Part shown: one piece after another, positions 55,583-64,000 of the stretch
How positions within the stretch are numbered: the first letter of the stretch is position 1
How the letters are laid out: every line of letters begins with the position of its first letter
Program-made: the position numbers and the translations under genes
The notes under the pieces: model-generated
What the model was told of the DNA's origin: nothing
Databases searched by the model: none
The model's input: the letters and a program-made list of their open reading frames with translations, nothing else
DNA from: Candidatus Undinarchaeota archaeon
Lineage (GTDB): Archaea; SpSt-1190; JASMDC01
Direction of reading: 5' to 3'
Length of the DNA stretch: 64,000 nucleotides
Assembly (NCBI GenBank): GCA_964519305.1
Contig: CAZFHY010000009.1
Span: forward strand, 64,001 to 128,000

Positions 55583-56104
55583 ATGGAAATCGACGAACTC
55601 CACGCCGAGCTCGACTACCGGACGCACTTCGACCTAACGGTGCACACCGATCACGGCGACGACCGGTATCTGGCGATATTCCCCCAGCGGGACGAGTTGG
55701 CAGCGTACGTCGGAACCCTCGCCGAGGACCTGCGCGATGAGGGGTACGAGGCCGACATCGTCGTCAGGGAGTACACAAAGGACCTTGAGGACCTGTACGA
55801 GGGCGAGGGCAGCGTGCCCACCAGTGGCGAGGAGCGTGGGTTCCGTGTCACCTACATCGGGGACCTTGCAGGCCTCGAGCAGCTCATCTCCCGGACCGCT
55901 GTTGCAGAGCACGGACGACCTTCACCGAACTTCCCGCCCGAGGAGGGTGTGAGCCTAGAGGCGTACATCGGTTTCCGCGAGGCTCTCCACATTTCGTCCG
56001 AGCTCATAGAGAACATCGAGGAGATCTGGGACCGTGAGGAGTACACCGAGACGGATGGAACCCGTACCGAGGAGTCCGTCGTCACCTTCATCTGGAAGGA
56101 GTAG
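55583..56104 (+). CDS. Hypothetical acidic protein
   Basis: Upstream TATAAA and AGGAG SD; typical codon usage. Confidence 0.65.
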   Translation: MEIDELHAELDYRTHFDLTVHTDHGDDRYLAIFPQRDELAAYVGTLAEDLRDEGYEADIVVREYTKDLEDLYEGEGSVPTSGEERGFRVTYIGDLAGLEQLISRTAVAEHGRPSPNFPPEEGVSLEAYIGFREALHISSELIENIEEIWDREEYTETDGTRTEESVVTFIWKE

Positions 56105-56352
56105 TCAGGCAGAGGGTACTACCAACGGTCGTCACAAAAGCAATTCACCCCCGGGGGACATCCATCATGATGGCCCCCGAAGGATAAGGAATGGATTCTG
56201 GAGGTAGCGACGCATCCCTTGTGGGCGCGCCCGATGACCGTACACTACGACCGATCCGAGGGATCACCATCCTTTTGAACCTTTCAGCAGCGGTATCGAT
56301 ATCCTGCCCGCCAGGGGTAGCCTTATAAAATTCAATCCCGGCCGGACGTCCG

Positions 56353-56877
56353 GTGGCCAAGGAGAGCGATGACGAGGGGCTGGCAGGCAACACTGCGGTG
56401 CTCGGAGTATTGCTCGTGTGGCTCGTGGTCTCCAACGGCATCTACCGAGAGCTCGTATCGATCTTCCTGCGCATCTCTGCGGTCTTCACGGGGATGGCCG
56501 TGTCATCCTCGTCGACGGCCGCTTTCACGTTCAAGCTCATCTCTGTCCTCCTTATCGTGTTCGGTCTGAAGTTCGTTGGCTCGCTTCCTACCAAAGCGAA
56601 GCGCAAGATGCTGTTCCCTTTCGTGCTTCTGGACATATCGATCCTGGGGATGCTCGGCGCCCATCTAGCAGGCAAGAACGACTACCTGGTCGAGCTCTTC
56701 GACCTGGTGGTCATCATCCCGGTTAGCTCGACTGCCGCTCTTGCGCAGGCACCCGCCCTGATCCTCACAAACGCCATCGCCGTGGTCATGAAGGACCCCC
56801 TCATCTCCGCTGTGCTCATTTACCTGCGACTTACGTGCTGGAAGGCCGTGCTCGCAAAGAGCCCCGAGAAGAAATAG
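56353..56877 (+). CDS. Hypothetical multi-pass membrane protein
   Basis: TTATAAAA about 30 nt upstream of GTG; hydrophobic helices. Confidence 0.65.
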   Translation: MAKESDDEGLAGNTAVLGVLLVWLVVSNGIYRELVSIFLRISAVFTGMAVSSSSTAAFTFKLISVLLIVFGLKFVGSLPTKAKRKMLFPFVLLDISILGMLGAHLAGKNDYLVELFDLVVIIPVSSTAALAQAPALILTNAIAVVMKDPLISAVLIYLRLTCWKAVLAKSPEKK

Positions 56878-56901
56878 TCATCGTTCTGAGCCCGCGGATT
56901 A

Positions 56902-58077
56902 TCACTTCATCTGTTCGAGAAGTCTGTCGATATCCTCGACGGACTTGGCCTCGGTAAGGGTGTTGTACACTTCCCGTGACCGGTACATGTCGATGAAAGA
57001 ATGGTAGCTAAGGTCCCCCACCTCGGCCAGCTGATCAGGATTGATACCTTCCGGCTTGTCGGACTCACTGTGGTAGTTGGGGATCTTCCCGTTCTGGCGT
57101 CTGAGCATAGTGGTTGCGGGGATGTTATTGCTGATGAGCGGGTCATGGTCGCTGTTCCCATTGGACCAGTCCATCCGCTGGACCGGTATCCCAAGACGTT
57201 TGCCGGTCCCCTCGATGAGTTCGTTCACCCACTTTGTTGTGTAACCGGTGCCCACGTACGAGCTGTAGCCGTCGAAACCACTTTTCGCATGGGATATCAG
57301 TACGCTCAGCTGGTTCCCAGCGCCAACACTGTCCAGGTTTATGGCCCCGATGCTTCTATCGCGTTCAGCATCAGGTAATGACCGTACGTATGCCTTTGAA
57401 CCGTTCAGACCGGTCTCCTCGGCCCCGAACGATATGAACCGAACGTTTACCTTCGGGCCGTTCTCCTTTGCAGCCCGTGCAAGTTCGAGGATGAGTGAAG
57501 ATCCGGAAGCGTTGTCGTTGGCCCCGGGACAGAAGTTCGATACCTTGTCAGCATGCGCCGTCACGAGTACGTAGCGGTCGCTCGACGGATCGCCTTTGTA
57601 CTCGGCGATGACGTTTGCGCCCGGGTGATAGCCACCTATGGACTGTTCCTTGACCTTGTATCCGAGCTCCTTGAATGCATCGGCCATGTAGGCCGAGCGA
57701 CCGTCGTTGTCCCGGGAACTCAGCTCCTTGACGTGCCCGAACGCCAGGTCCTTATCGATGACACGGTCCTCGCCCCCTTGGGAATATGCGAGCTTGCGAG
57801 TGTTCGAATACAACTTGCCCCGCTGGCTGCTGATGGCGTATGGCTGGTCGTGCTTCTCTTGCCAGAGGGTGTTGATCTCCTGCCTTAGCTCCTTGCAGGT
57901 CCGGGACTTCTCCTTGTCGCCACCGAACAGGCCGCCCAGATGCTTCTCCCGGAAATTGCCCGCTTCCTTGTACTCTGCCTGCTTCGCCTCGTATAGCGAT
58001 TCCAGTTCACCGAGTCGCTGGCGTCCCTCATATAGAGCGACTGCGTCCTCGCGAATCGGTGCGTAGAGCTCGTTCAT
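56902..58077 (-). CDS. M28 family metallopeptidase with N-terminal helical region
   Basis: TAHAD, GANDNASG, GAEETGLNGS, INLDSVG, SDH, YHSESD. Confidence 0.88.
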   Translation of the reverse strand: MNELYAPIREDAVALYEGRQRLGELESLYEAKQAEYKEAGNFREKHLGGLFGGDKEKSRTCKELRQEINTLWQEKHDQPYAISSQRGKLYSNTRKLAYSQGGEDRVIDKDLAFGHVKELSSRDNDGRSAYMADAFKELGYKVKEQSIGGYHPGANVIAEYKGDPSSDRYVLVTAHADKVSNFCPGANDNASGSSLILELARAAKENGPKVNVRFISFGAEETGLNGSKAYVRSLPDAERDRSIGAINLDSVGAGNQLSVLISHAKSGFDGYSSYVGTGYTTKWVNELIEGTGKRLGIPVQRMDWSNGNSDHDPLISNNIPATTMLRRQNGKIPNYHSESDKPEGINPDQLAEVGDLSYHSFIDMYRSREVYNTLTEAKSVEDIDRLLEQMK

Positions 58078-58201
58078 TGAGAAGCTACCCGTTATTATGT
58101 AGTGTTCCAGGTTTATATATGTTACTATTCTGGAGTGGTAACATCAGTCTTGTGAGACTGTGATGCAGTTTTATTTCTTGGCCCTTACGAGATATACAAC
58201 C

Positions 58202-59908
58202 ATGCAGCCTTCTGCGCCCAACTACTACGACATCATCATCAAGAACGCCGTCGTAATCGACGGTACTGGCAGGAAGCGGTTCGTCTCGGACATCGGCATA
58301 CTCAACGAGCGCGTGGCGTTCATCGGTGATCTGAAGCAGGCCAAGGCGGTGCTCGAGTTCAAGTGCGAGGGCAGACTCGTCGCGAGCCCCGGATTCGTCG
58401 ACATGCACAGCCACTCGGACCTCATGATCTTCTCGGATGATCCGACCTCCCACGTCAACCGGGGCGACCTCCCCAAGATCAAGCAGGGGGTGACCCTCCA
58501 AGTGGTGGGACAGGACGGGCTGAGCCTGGCCCCTGTACGCCCGGTAGCCCGCGAGGACCTGGCTACAAAGATGTCAGGTCTGTGCGGCGTAATCGATGAT
58601 CCATGGGACTGGGAGCAGGTGTCCGACTACCTCGCCAAGGCAGAGGGGCGACTGGCGGTGAACATGGCCTTCCTCGTAGGCCACTGCACTGTCCGCGAGT
58701 ACGTCATGGGTGCAACGGACCGGGAGGCCAACATCCGTGACCGTCTCCAGATGGGAGAGGTCGTCAAGCGGGCCATGAATGAGGGCGCTTTCGGGTTCTC
58801 CACAGGCCTCATCTACGAGCCTGCGATATTCGCCGATTTCAAGGAGCTGGACCATCTGGCCCGTATCGTCGCGCAGCACAACGGTTTCTTCGTGGCCCAC
58901 ATCCGCAACGAGACCGACCGGATCATCGAAGCGCTCAACGAGTTCCTTTCGATAGGGAAGACGACCGGAGTCCACCTCCATGTCTCCCACTTCAAGATAG
59001 CCGGGGACAACAACTTCAGTAAAATCGATGAACTGGTCAAGGTATTCACAGAGTACAAGGGCGCCGGCAACGCCATCACCTTCGACCAGTACCCCTACAT
59101 CGCAGGTAGCACCTACCTTCACGCGATCATGCCGCCGTGGTCCCGGGCGGACGATGTCGACAAGACCATCATCAACCTACAGGTGGACATTGTGCGCGAA
59201 CGAATGGCCACCGACATTTTCAACGAGGATGAGAGCGAGTGGGACAACTTCTACAAGATGTCCGGTGGGTTCGAAGGCATCCAGATCGCAGCGGTCCGGC
59301 CCGACAGCCCCAACCAGGACCTCATCGGAAAACGTCTCTCCCAAGTGGCCGAGGAGAAGGGTTTCGATCTTTCCACAGAGGAAGGGCGCAAGCAGATGCT
59401 CTTCTGGACATTCGACCTTCTGGCCGAGGAGCGGCTCGGCGTATCTATGATCAGCTACAACCAGTCCGAGGAGAACGTGCGCCGGATCATGCAGCTGCCC
59501 GGGTACACGGTGTCCACCGATGGCCTTGTGAGCGGTAAGCCCCACCCCCGCGTGTACGGCACTTATCCGCGCGTGCTGGGCCTGTACACCCGCGAGCACG
59601 GACTCCACACCCTCGAGGACGTGATCCACCACATGAGCCTGCTCCCTGCAGAGATCCTGGGCGTGGACGCCGACCGCGGCTCCATCGACGTGGGCAAGTT
59701 CGCCGACATCGTGCTCTTCGATCCTGAGACGGTCATCGATCGTGCGACCTTCGAGGACTCCATCCAATACCCCACTGGAATCGAGGCGGTCATCGTCAAC
59801 GGCCAGCTGTGCTACGACAACCGCGAGGGACTTGATATGGTGGCCACCCTTCCGGGGAAGGTGCTGCGCCACGACGTGGCCAAACCACGCCAGGTCCTTA
59901 AGTGGTAG
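58202..59908 (+). CDS. N-acyl-D-amino-acid deacylase (amidohydrolase superfamily)
   Basis: PGFVDMHSHSD, GQDG, GFSTGLIY, HIRNE, SHFK, DQYPY, PHPRVYGTYPR. Confidence 0.92.
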   Translation: MQPSAPNYYDIIIKNAVVIDGTGRKRFVSDIGILNERVAFIGDLKQAKAVLEFKCEGRLVASPGFVDMHSHSDLMIFSDDPTSHVNRGDLPKIKQGVTLQVVGQDGLSLAPVRPVAREDLATKMSGLCGVIDDPWDWEQVSDYLAKAEGRLAVNMAFLVGHCTVREYVMGATDREANIRDRLQMGEVVKRAMNEGAFGFSTGLIYEPAIFADFKELDHLARIVAQHNGFFVAHIRNETDRIIEALNEFLSIGKTTGVHLHVSHFKIAGDNNFSKIDELVKVFTEYKGAGNAITFDQYPYIAGSTYLHAIMPPWSRADDVDKTIINLQVDIVRERMATDIFNEDESEWDNFYKMSGGFEGIQIAAVRPDSPNQDLIGKRLSQVAEEKGFDLSTEEGRKQMLFWTFDLLAEERLGVSMISYNQSEENVRRIMQLPGYTVSTDGLVSGKPHPRVYGTYPRVLGLYTREHGLHTLEDVIHHMSLLPAEILGVDADRGSIDVGKFADIVLFDPETVIDRATFEDSIQYPTGIEAVIVNGQLCYDNREGLDMVATLPGKVLRHDVAKPRQVLKW

Positions 59909-60030
59909 GCCCCTTCAGCGCTGAACGACGTACTGAAGCCCATTTTCCAAATTCACCACCGTAGTGGTGCTATTTCTATTTAAATACTAACCACTATGTA
60001 GTAGTAACAGCATCCAAGAAGGTCGATACT

Positions 60031-60567
60031 ATGTACCAGATCGATGATATTCAAATGGAAACCGACCGCGAGGCCCGTGCCTCGGTCGTGTACTTCACGG
60101 AAGAGAGCAGCTTGGTGATGCCGTCAGAGTCCTTCGACGGCTGGCATCATATAGAGACCGGATACCCCCAGCGAGAGGACGGCCTGACCGGCAGTCTCCT
60201 CGAACTGGTCCACACCAAAGGCTACGATATCCAGGCAACGGTCAATCCCTACGAGAAGACCTGGAAGGACGACGACGGAGTGGCCCTGCAGGAGAAGGGC
60301 TATCGCGTGGACCTGAAAGGACCCGGGGCACAAATCGAGGATTTCCTAGTGGAAGCGTGCAAGGCCGGCTACGGCGTACCCGAGCGCACCGAGTTCTCCT
60401 CGATGTTCCATCCCATCACGTCAACGCGCGGTTATCGGATCGCAGAGGAGACGACCGAGAAGCTCTCCCAGATAACTTCCAAGGACACGGTGAAGGTCGA
60501 GAATCTGGAGAAGGGGAAGTGGGCGTTCGTCAAGCAGGAGAGCACCTACAGCCTTGACACCGAGTAA
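60031..60567 (+). CDS. Hypothetical protein
   Basis: Upstream TATTTAAATA; typical codon usage. Confidence 0.65.
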   Translation: MYQIDDIQMETDREARASVVYFTEESSLVMPSESFDGWHHIETGYPQREDGLTGSLLELVHTKGYDIQATVNPYEKTWKDDDGVALQEKGYRVDLKGPGAQIEDFLVEACKAGYGVPERTEFSSMFHPITSTRGYRIAEETTEKLSQITSKDTVKVENLEKGKWAFVKQESTYSLDTE

Positions 60568-60570
60568 CGC

Positions 60571-61374
60571 CTAGCTCTGGAGAAGCACGTCCCGTAGCAC
60601 CGGCCGCTTCTGCCTGTCCGCACGCACCTGTTCAACGTCCAGCTCGACCGCCTCGACACCCTCCTCGCCGACAGGAGCGACCACCAGTTCGTCGCCCAGC
60701 GGTGAGATCGCCCGGCTTCCGCCCCAGAAACTAAGGTCACCGTCGTCGCCAACGTAGTTGACATATAGGTGGTAGCATGTCGTCTCGATGGCCCGGGCAG
60801 GAGCCATGCGCTCGAACAGCTTCCGGCTCTGACAGGGAGAAGCTGATATCGTGATAACGACGTCGGCGCCCTGGAGCGCCATGGCGCGGTACACCTCTGG
60901 GAAGAATATGTCGTAGCAGATGGCCACACCGAACGTCATATCGCCCACGGTGAACATGGGTACCTCCTCACCGTGCGCGAACCATGCCTTCTCTTTGAAG
61001 ATGCCGAAGTTGGGCAGATGGATCTTCCGGTAGGTCGACGGTCCATCATCCTCGAGCCCTGCCACCAGCGCTGTGTTGTAGATGACACCGCTCAGACCGC
61101 CTTCCTCCGGCATGCCACACACCACAACGCACCCTGCCTCCACGGCCGCTGCGTGGATGCGTCGGGCCGCGTCCTCCACGGCCGGGACGAGCTCAATGGC
61201 CCGCTCCCCCGCGGAGTAGCCGGTGAGGAACAGCTCGGGGAATACGAGAAGGTCGGCCTTCCGCTGCTTGATGGTATCAAGGACACGTTGGCAGTTGGCC
61301 TCCACGTCCCCGGGTACAGGAGTGAACTGGCAGAGAGCCGCGGAGATGGTCATATCACCCGGGAACGGGCTCAT
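60571..61374 (-). CDS. Carbon-nitrogen hydrolase (nitrilase superfamily)
   Basis: FPELFLTGY, YRKIHL, ICYDIFFPE (E-K-C triad). Confidence 0.92.
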   Translation of the reverse strand: MSPFPGDMTISAALCQFTPVPGDVEANCQRVLDTIKQRKADLLVFPELFLTGYSAGERAIELVPAVEDAARRIHAAAVEAGCVVVCGMPEEGGLSGVIYNTALVAGLEDDGPSTYRKIHLPNFGIFKEKAWFAHGEEVPMFTVGDMTFGVAICYDIFFPEVYRAMALQGADVVITISASPCQSRKLFERMAPARAIETTCYHLYVNYVGDDGDLSFWGGSRAISPLGDELVVAPVGEEGVEAVELDVEQVRADRQKRPVLRDVLLQS

Positions 61375-61479
61375 GTTGATAAGATTATTGCCCCGGGCCC
61401 CCTAGAGAAAGTATAAAAGGCGGTCCCTTGCGCCGAAAGTTCACGTTCCACAGTTCCCCGGGACGGGAACGGAGAAAAA

Positions 61480-62433
61480 ATGGTCCACTACGTCCTGAAC
61501 GAGGTCGATCCGTCGGTCGAGGCTGCCTATAGCTTCATCCAGGAGCTCGGGCTTGTCCAGGAGCACGACCGGGTGGACTGCCTGCCCTATACGCCGGAGG
61601 AAGCTGACATCGCTCGACGGATCCCTCTGAACGAGGTAGACGATTTCGTCCAGCGCTATGCCGCCATCGGCAGGGATGACGACCAGCTGATCGTGCTCAA
61701 CGGCTCGGGCGACCACCATCACCACACCTACGGAGTGTGCCGGGGCATCATCGAACAGGATGGTGAGGAGTACACCGTCGTCCACTTCGACCACCACGGT
61801 GACTCGCGTGTCCCGGAGGGGTTTCTGGACTGTGGCGACTACCTGGGCGAGCTCGTCAAGTCCTCGGAGCTTGTCAGGAAGGGCATAATCATCGGCGCAG
61901 GGACCATGGTCGGCACGGATGGATGGAGCGATTGGAACTCCTTCTGGTTCGATCCGAAGGCCCTCGAGGCAGGGCTCGAGGTCTACCCCTACTCTTTTAG
62001 CACCGCGTCGCTCTATGGTGCGAGCTGCAAGCCCGACATCGACTGTGTCCACAGCCAGTACCTCGAGTCGTGCAGTTCGCTGGGTATCGAGTACCACACC
62101 GTCAAGGACCTCGGTATCGAAGCGATCGCGGCACGCGCAGTGGACCGGATAGAGACGGAGGACGTCCACATCACCGTAGACCTCGACGTCCTGACGGCCG
62201 AGTACGCCACGACAGACTGGGGGAACGGGAAATTGTCGCTCCCCGAGCTGCTCGAGGCCATTGCGTCCATCGGGGGCGAGAGGAACGTTGTAGGGCTTGA
62301 TATAACCGGAACCGACGGAGAAGGCGACGAGCGCACGCTGTACACCATCGCTGCCATCGTCAACGAGGTCACCAGCGGTCCGTACGAGCGTAGATTCTTC
62401 TACGAGCATATCGCGGCCATTGAGCCGGAATAG
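61480..62433 (+). CDS. Arginase/ureohydrolase-fold protein, copy 1
   Basis: NGSGDHHH, HFDHHGD, TVDLDVL, DWGNG, GLDITG. Confidence 0.82.
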   Translation: MVHYVLNEVDPSVEAAYSFIQELGLVQEHDRVDCLPYTPEEADIARRIPLNEVDDFVQRYAAIGRDDDQLIVLNGSGDHHHHTYGVCRGIIEQDGEEYTVVHFDHHGDSRVPEGFLDCGDYLGELVKSSELVRKGIIIGAGTMVGTDGWSDWNSFWFDPKALEAGLEVYPYSFSTASLYGASCKPDIDCVHSQYLESCSSLGIEYHTVKDLGIEAIAARAVDRIETEDVHITVDLDVLTAEYATTDWGNGKLSLPELLEAIASIGGERNVVGLDITGTDGEGDERTLYTIAAIVNEVTSGPYERRFFYEHIAAIEPE

Positions 62434-62484
62434 CGTCCGCAGTTAGGGAAAGTATAAATAGCGGCTGTCCCGGCGGCATTTCTC

Positions 62485-63444
62485 GTGACGCAGTACGTAC
62501 TGTCGGAGATCGATGACTCGGTGGACGCGGTCTACGGTGTCCTCCAGGAGCTCGACCTAGTTAATGAGGGCGACACGACGGACTACATCACGTTCGGCCG
62601 GGGCGACATGACTGACACCCCTATGGGACCTGATTACGTCACCGATAAGTGCTCGGGCGTGAAGAAGCAGGATGACCTGCTGGTCGTGCTCAACGGCTCG
62701 GGAAACTACCATCATCTCACCTACGGCTTCTGCCGCGGGATTCTGGAGCAGGACGGGAACGACTACACCGTGCTCCACTTTGACCGACATGGTGATTCAC
62801 GCGGTTACAGCTGGATGCTCGACTGCGGTAACTTTCTTGGTAAGCTGGTCCGTGACTCGGACCACGCGAAGAAGGGCATCATCATCGGTGCCGACGACAT
62901 GGTCACCGATTCGAAGTGGATGGAACCGGCCTACCTGAGCAGGGACACCCTCGAGGTGTACCCCTTCAAGAAAGAGCACGGTCATTTCCATGATGTACAG
63001 AGCGAGCCAACCGTCGACTGTGTTGAGAAGGAGTACGACTCCAGCTGGCAGGAGCTCAACGTGAAGTGGCACACCATCAAGCGCGAGGGCATCGATGCTA
63101 TCACGCACCGTGCTCTCGACCGGACCGATACCGAGAACGTCTACATCACCGTGGACCTGGACGCTCTCCAAGGTAAGTTCGTCCACACTGACTGGGGCAA
63201 CGGCAAGATGTCGCTTGACCAGCTGCTGGACTCCATCGCCCTCGTCAGGGAAGAGAAGAACATCATCGGTCTTGACGTCACCGGCACCGACGGGACCAAT
63301 GAGAACGAGCGCACAGCGTACACCATCGCCGCCATCGTCAACGAGGTCACCGACGGGCCGTACGAGCGCAAGTTCTTCCAGGACAGGATCAAGAAGGCCC
63401 GACGTTCCGACTTCTGGAACGGCGTCAAGGAGTTCTTCTCCTGA
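62485..63444 (+). CDS. Arginase/ureohydrolase-fold protein, copy 2
   Basis: NGSGNYHH, HFDRHGD, TVDLDAL, DWGNG; likely leaderless GTG. Confidence 0.82.
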   Translation: MTQYVLSEIDDSVDAVYGVLQELDLVNEGDTTDYITFGRGDMTDTPMGPDYVTDKCSGVKKQDDLLVVLNGSGNYHHLTYGFCRGILEQDGNDYTVLHFDRHGDSRGYSWMLDCGNFLGKLVRDSDHAKKGIIIGADDMVTDSKWMEPAYLSRDTLEVYPFKKEHGHFHDVQSEPTVDCVEKEYDSSWQELNVKWHTIKREGIDAITHRALDRTDTENVYITVDLDALQGKFVHTDWGNGKMSLDQLLDSIALVREEKNIIGLDVTGTDGTNENERTAYTIAAIVNEVTDGPYERKFFQDRIKKARRSDFWNGVKEFFS

Positions 63445-63548
63445 GGTAGTTCGGGACCACCATGGGAACGTTTATATAGCGGCCGTGGTTCGTTTCACTC
63501 ACAAGTGGTGACACGTATTTCCGCTTCAAATGATGGGAGGAACATCGT

Positions 63549-64000
63549 ATGACGCAGTACGTCCTCTCAGAGGTGGACCCCTCTGTAGGAGCGGCCTACG
63601 ATACTCTCGAGGAGCTCGGGCTCGTGAACAAGGGCGACCAAGTGGACCGCATCGAATTCTCCCAGTTCGACCAGGGCAAGCATATCTCCACTGAGGCCAT
63701 CACCCAGCGGTATGGAGACGTCGAGAAGCAGGACGATCTGCTTGTCGTGCTCAACGGCTCGGGTACATTCCACCACCACACATACGGTTTCTGTCGCGGG
63801 ATCCTGGAGCAGGGTGAGCGCGATTATTCAGTGATCCACTTCGACCAGCACGGGGACTCCCGTTACTGCAACGGTACCCTGGATTGCGGCAACTACCTCG
63901 GCAGACTGGTCCGCGATTCGGACCATGCGAAGAAGGGCATCATCATCGGTGCTGACGTTATGGTGACCGACAGCGACTGGATGGACCCCCGGTATCTCTC
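63549..64000 (+). CDS. Arginase/ureohydrolase-fold protein, copy 3 (runs off window)
   Basis: MTQYVLSEVDPSV...NGSGTFHHH...HFDQHGD; SD GGAGG. Confidence 0.82.
   Translation, partial: MTQYVLSEVDPSVGAAYDTLEELGLVNKGDQVDRIEFSQFDQGKHISTEAITQRYGDVEKQDDLLVVLNGSGTFHHHTYGFCRGILEQGERDYSVIHFDQHGDSRYCNGTLDCGNYLGRLVRDSDHAKKGIIIGADVMVTDSDWMDPRYL

Noticed and set aside
1-64000. CRISPR arrays, transposases, integrases or prophage genes
   Set aside because: No regularly spaced repeats outside CDS and no recombinase, transposase or capsid motifs recognised

Overview
High-GC archaeal chromosomal segment. Archaeal markers include NAC, SecF/SecD, S17e, L37e, Lsm, S8e, TFB, archaeal IleRS, BRE/TATA promoters and two tRNAs with BHB-type introns; the lineage cannot be fixed from this window. 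0.4-11.4 kb: two tandem modules of a membrane-tethered wHTH regulator, a MacB/FtsX-type ABC system and a COG1361-like surface protein. 11.4-15.7 kb: accessory genes (nucleoside hydrolase, SPP-like HAD, GH32/68 enzyme, 47-aa repeat protein, nucleotidyltransferase). 15.9-22.2 kb: housekeeping. 22.3-41.6 kb: a large sulfur/thiol/metal cluster with divergent LarE/TtuA-like PP-loop enzymes plus small membrane proteins, ThiF/MoeB, ThiI, CcdA/Trx/DsbA, a third HTH-ABC module with an HMA protein, CopZ, cysE-cysK, tRNA-Cys, a Cys-rich regulator, two cysteine desulfurases and MOSC. The rest holds ileS, two Cys-rich single-pass proteins, tandem membrane pyrophosphatases and an amide/amidine hydrolase cluster with three ureohydrolase paralogues. 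Top candidates: (1) a highly structured ~230-nt cysK leader with anti-SD, tRNA-Cys-like and T-box-like elements; (2) the mirror-image PP-loop sulfur-insertase-like system with unannotated paralogous micro-proteins; (3) a shared operator that places tRNA-Cys in the cysteine regulon; (4) a palindromic-operator regulon for a membrane-tethered Cys-rich sensor; (5) a CTG-initiated S17e; (6) a diverged PPase paralogue. All calls are by eye from motifs; no searches or folding programs were run.
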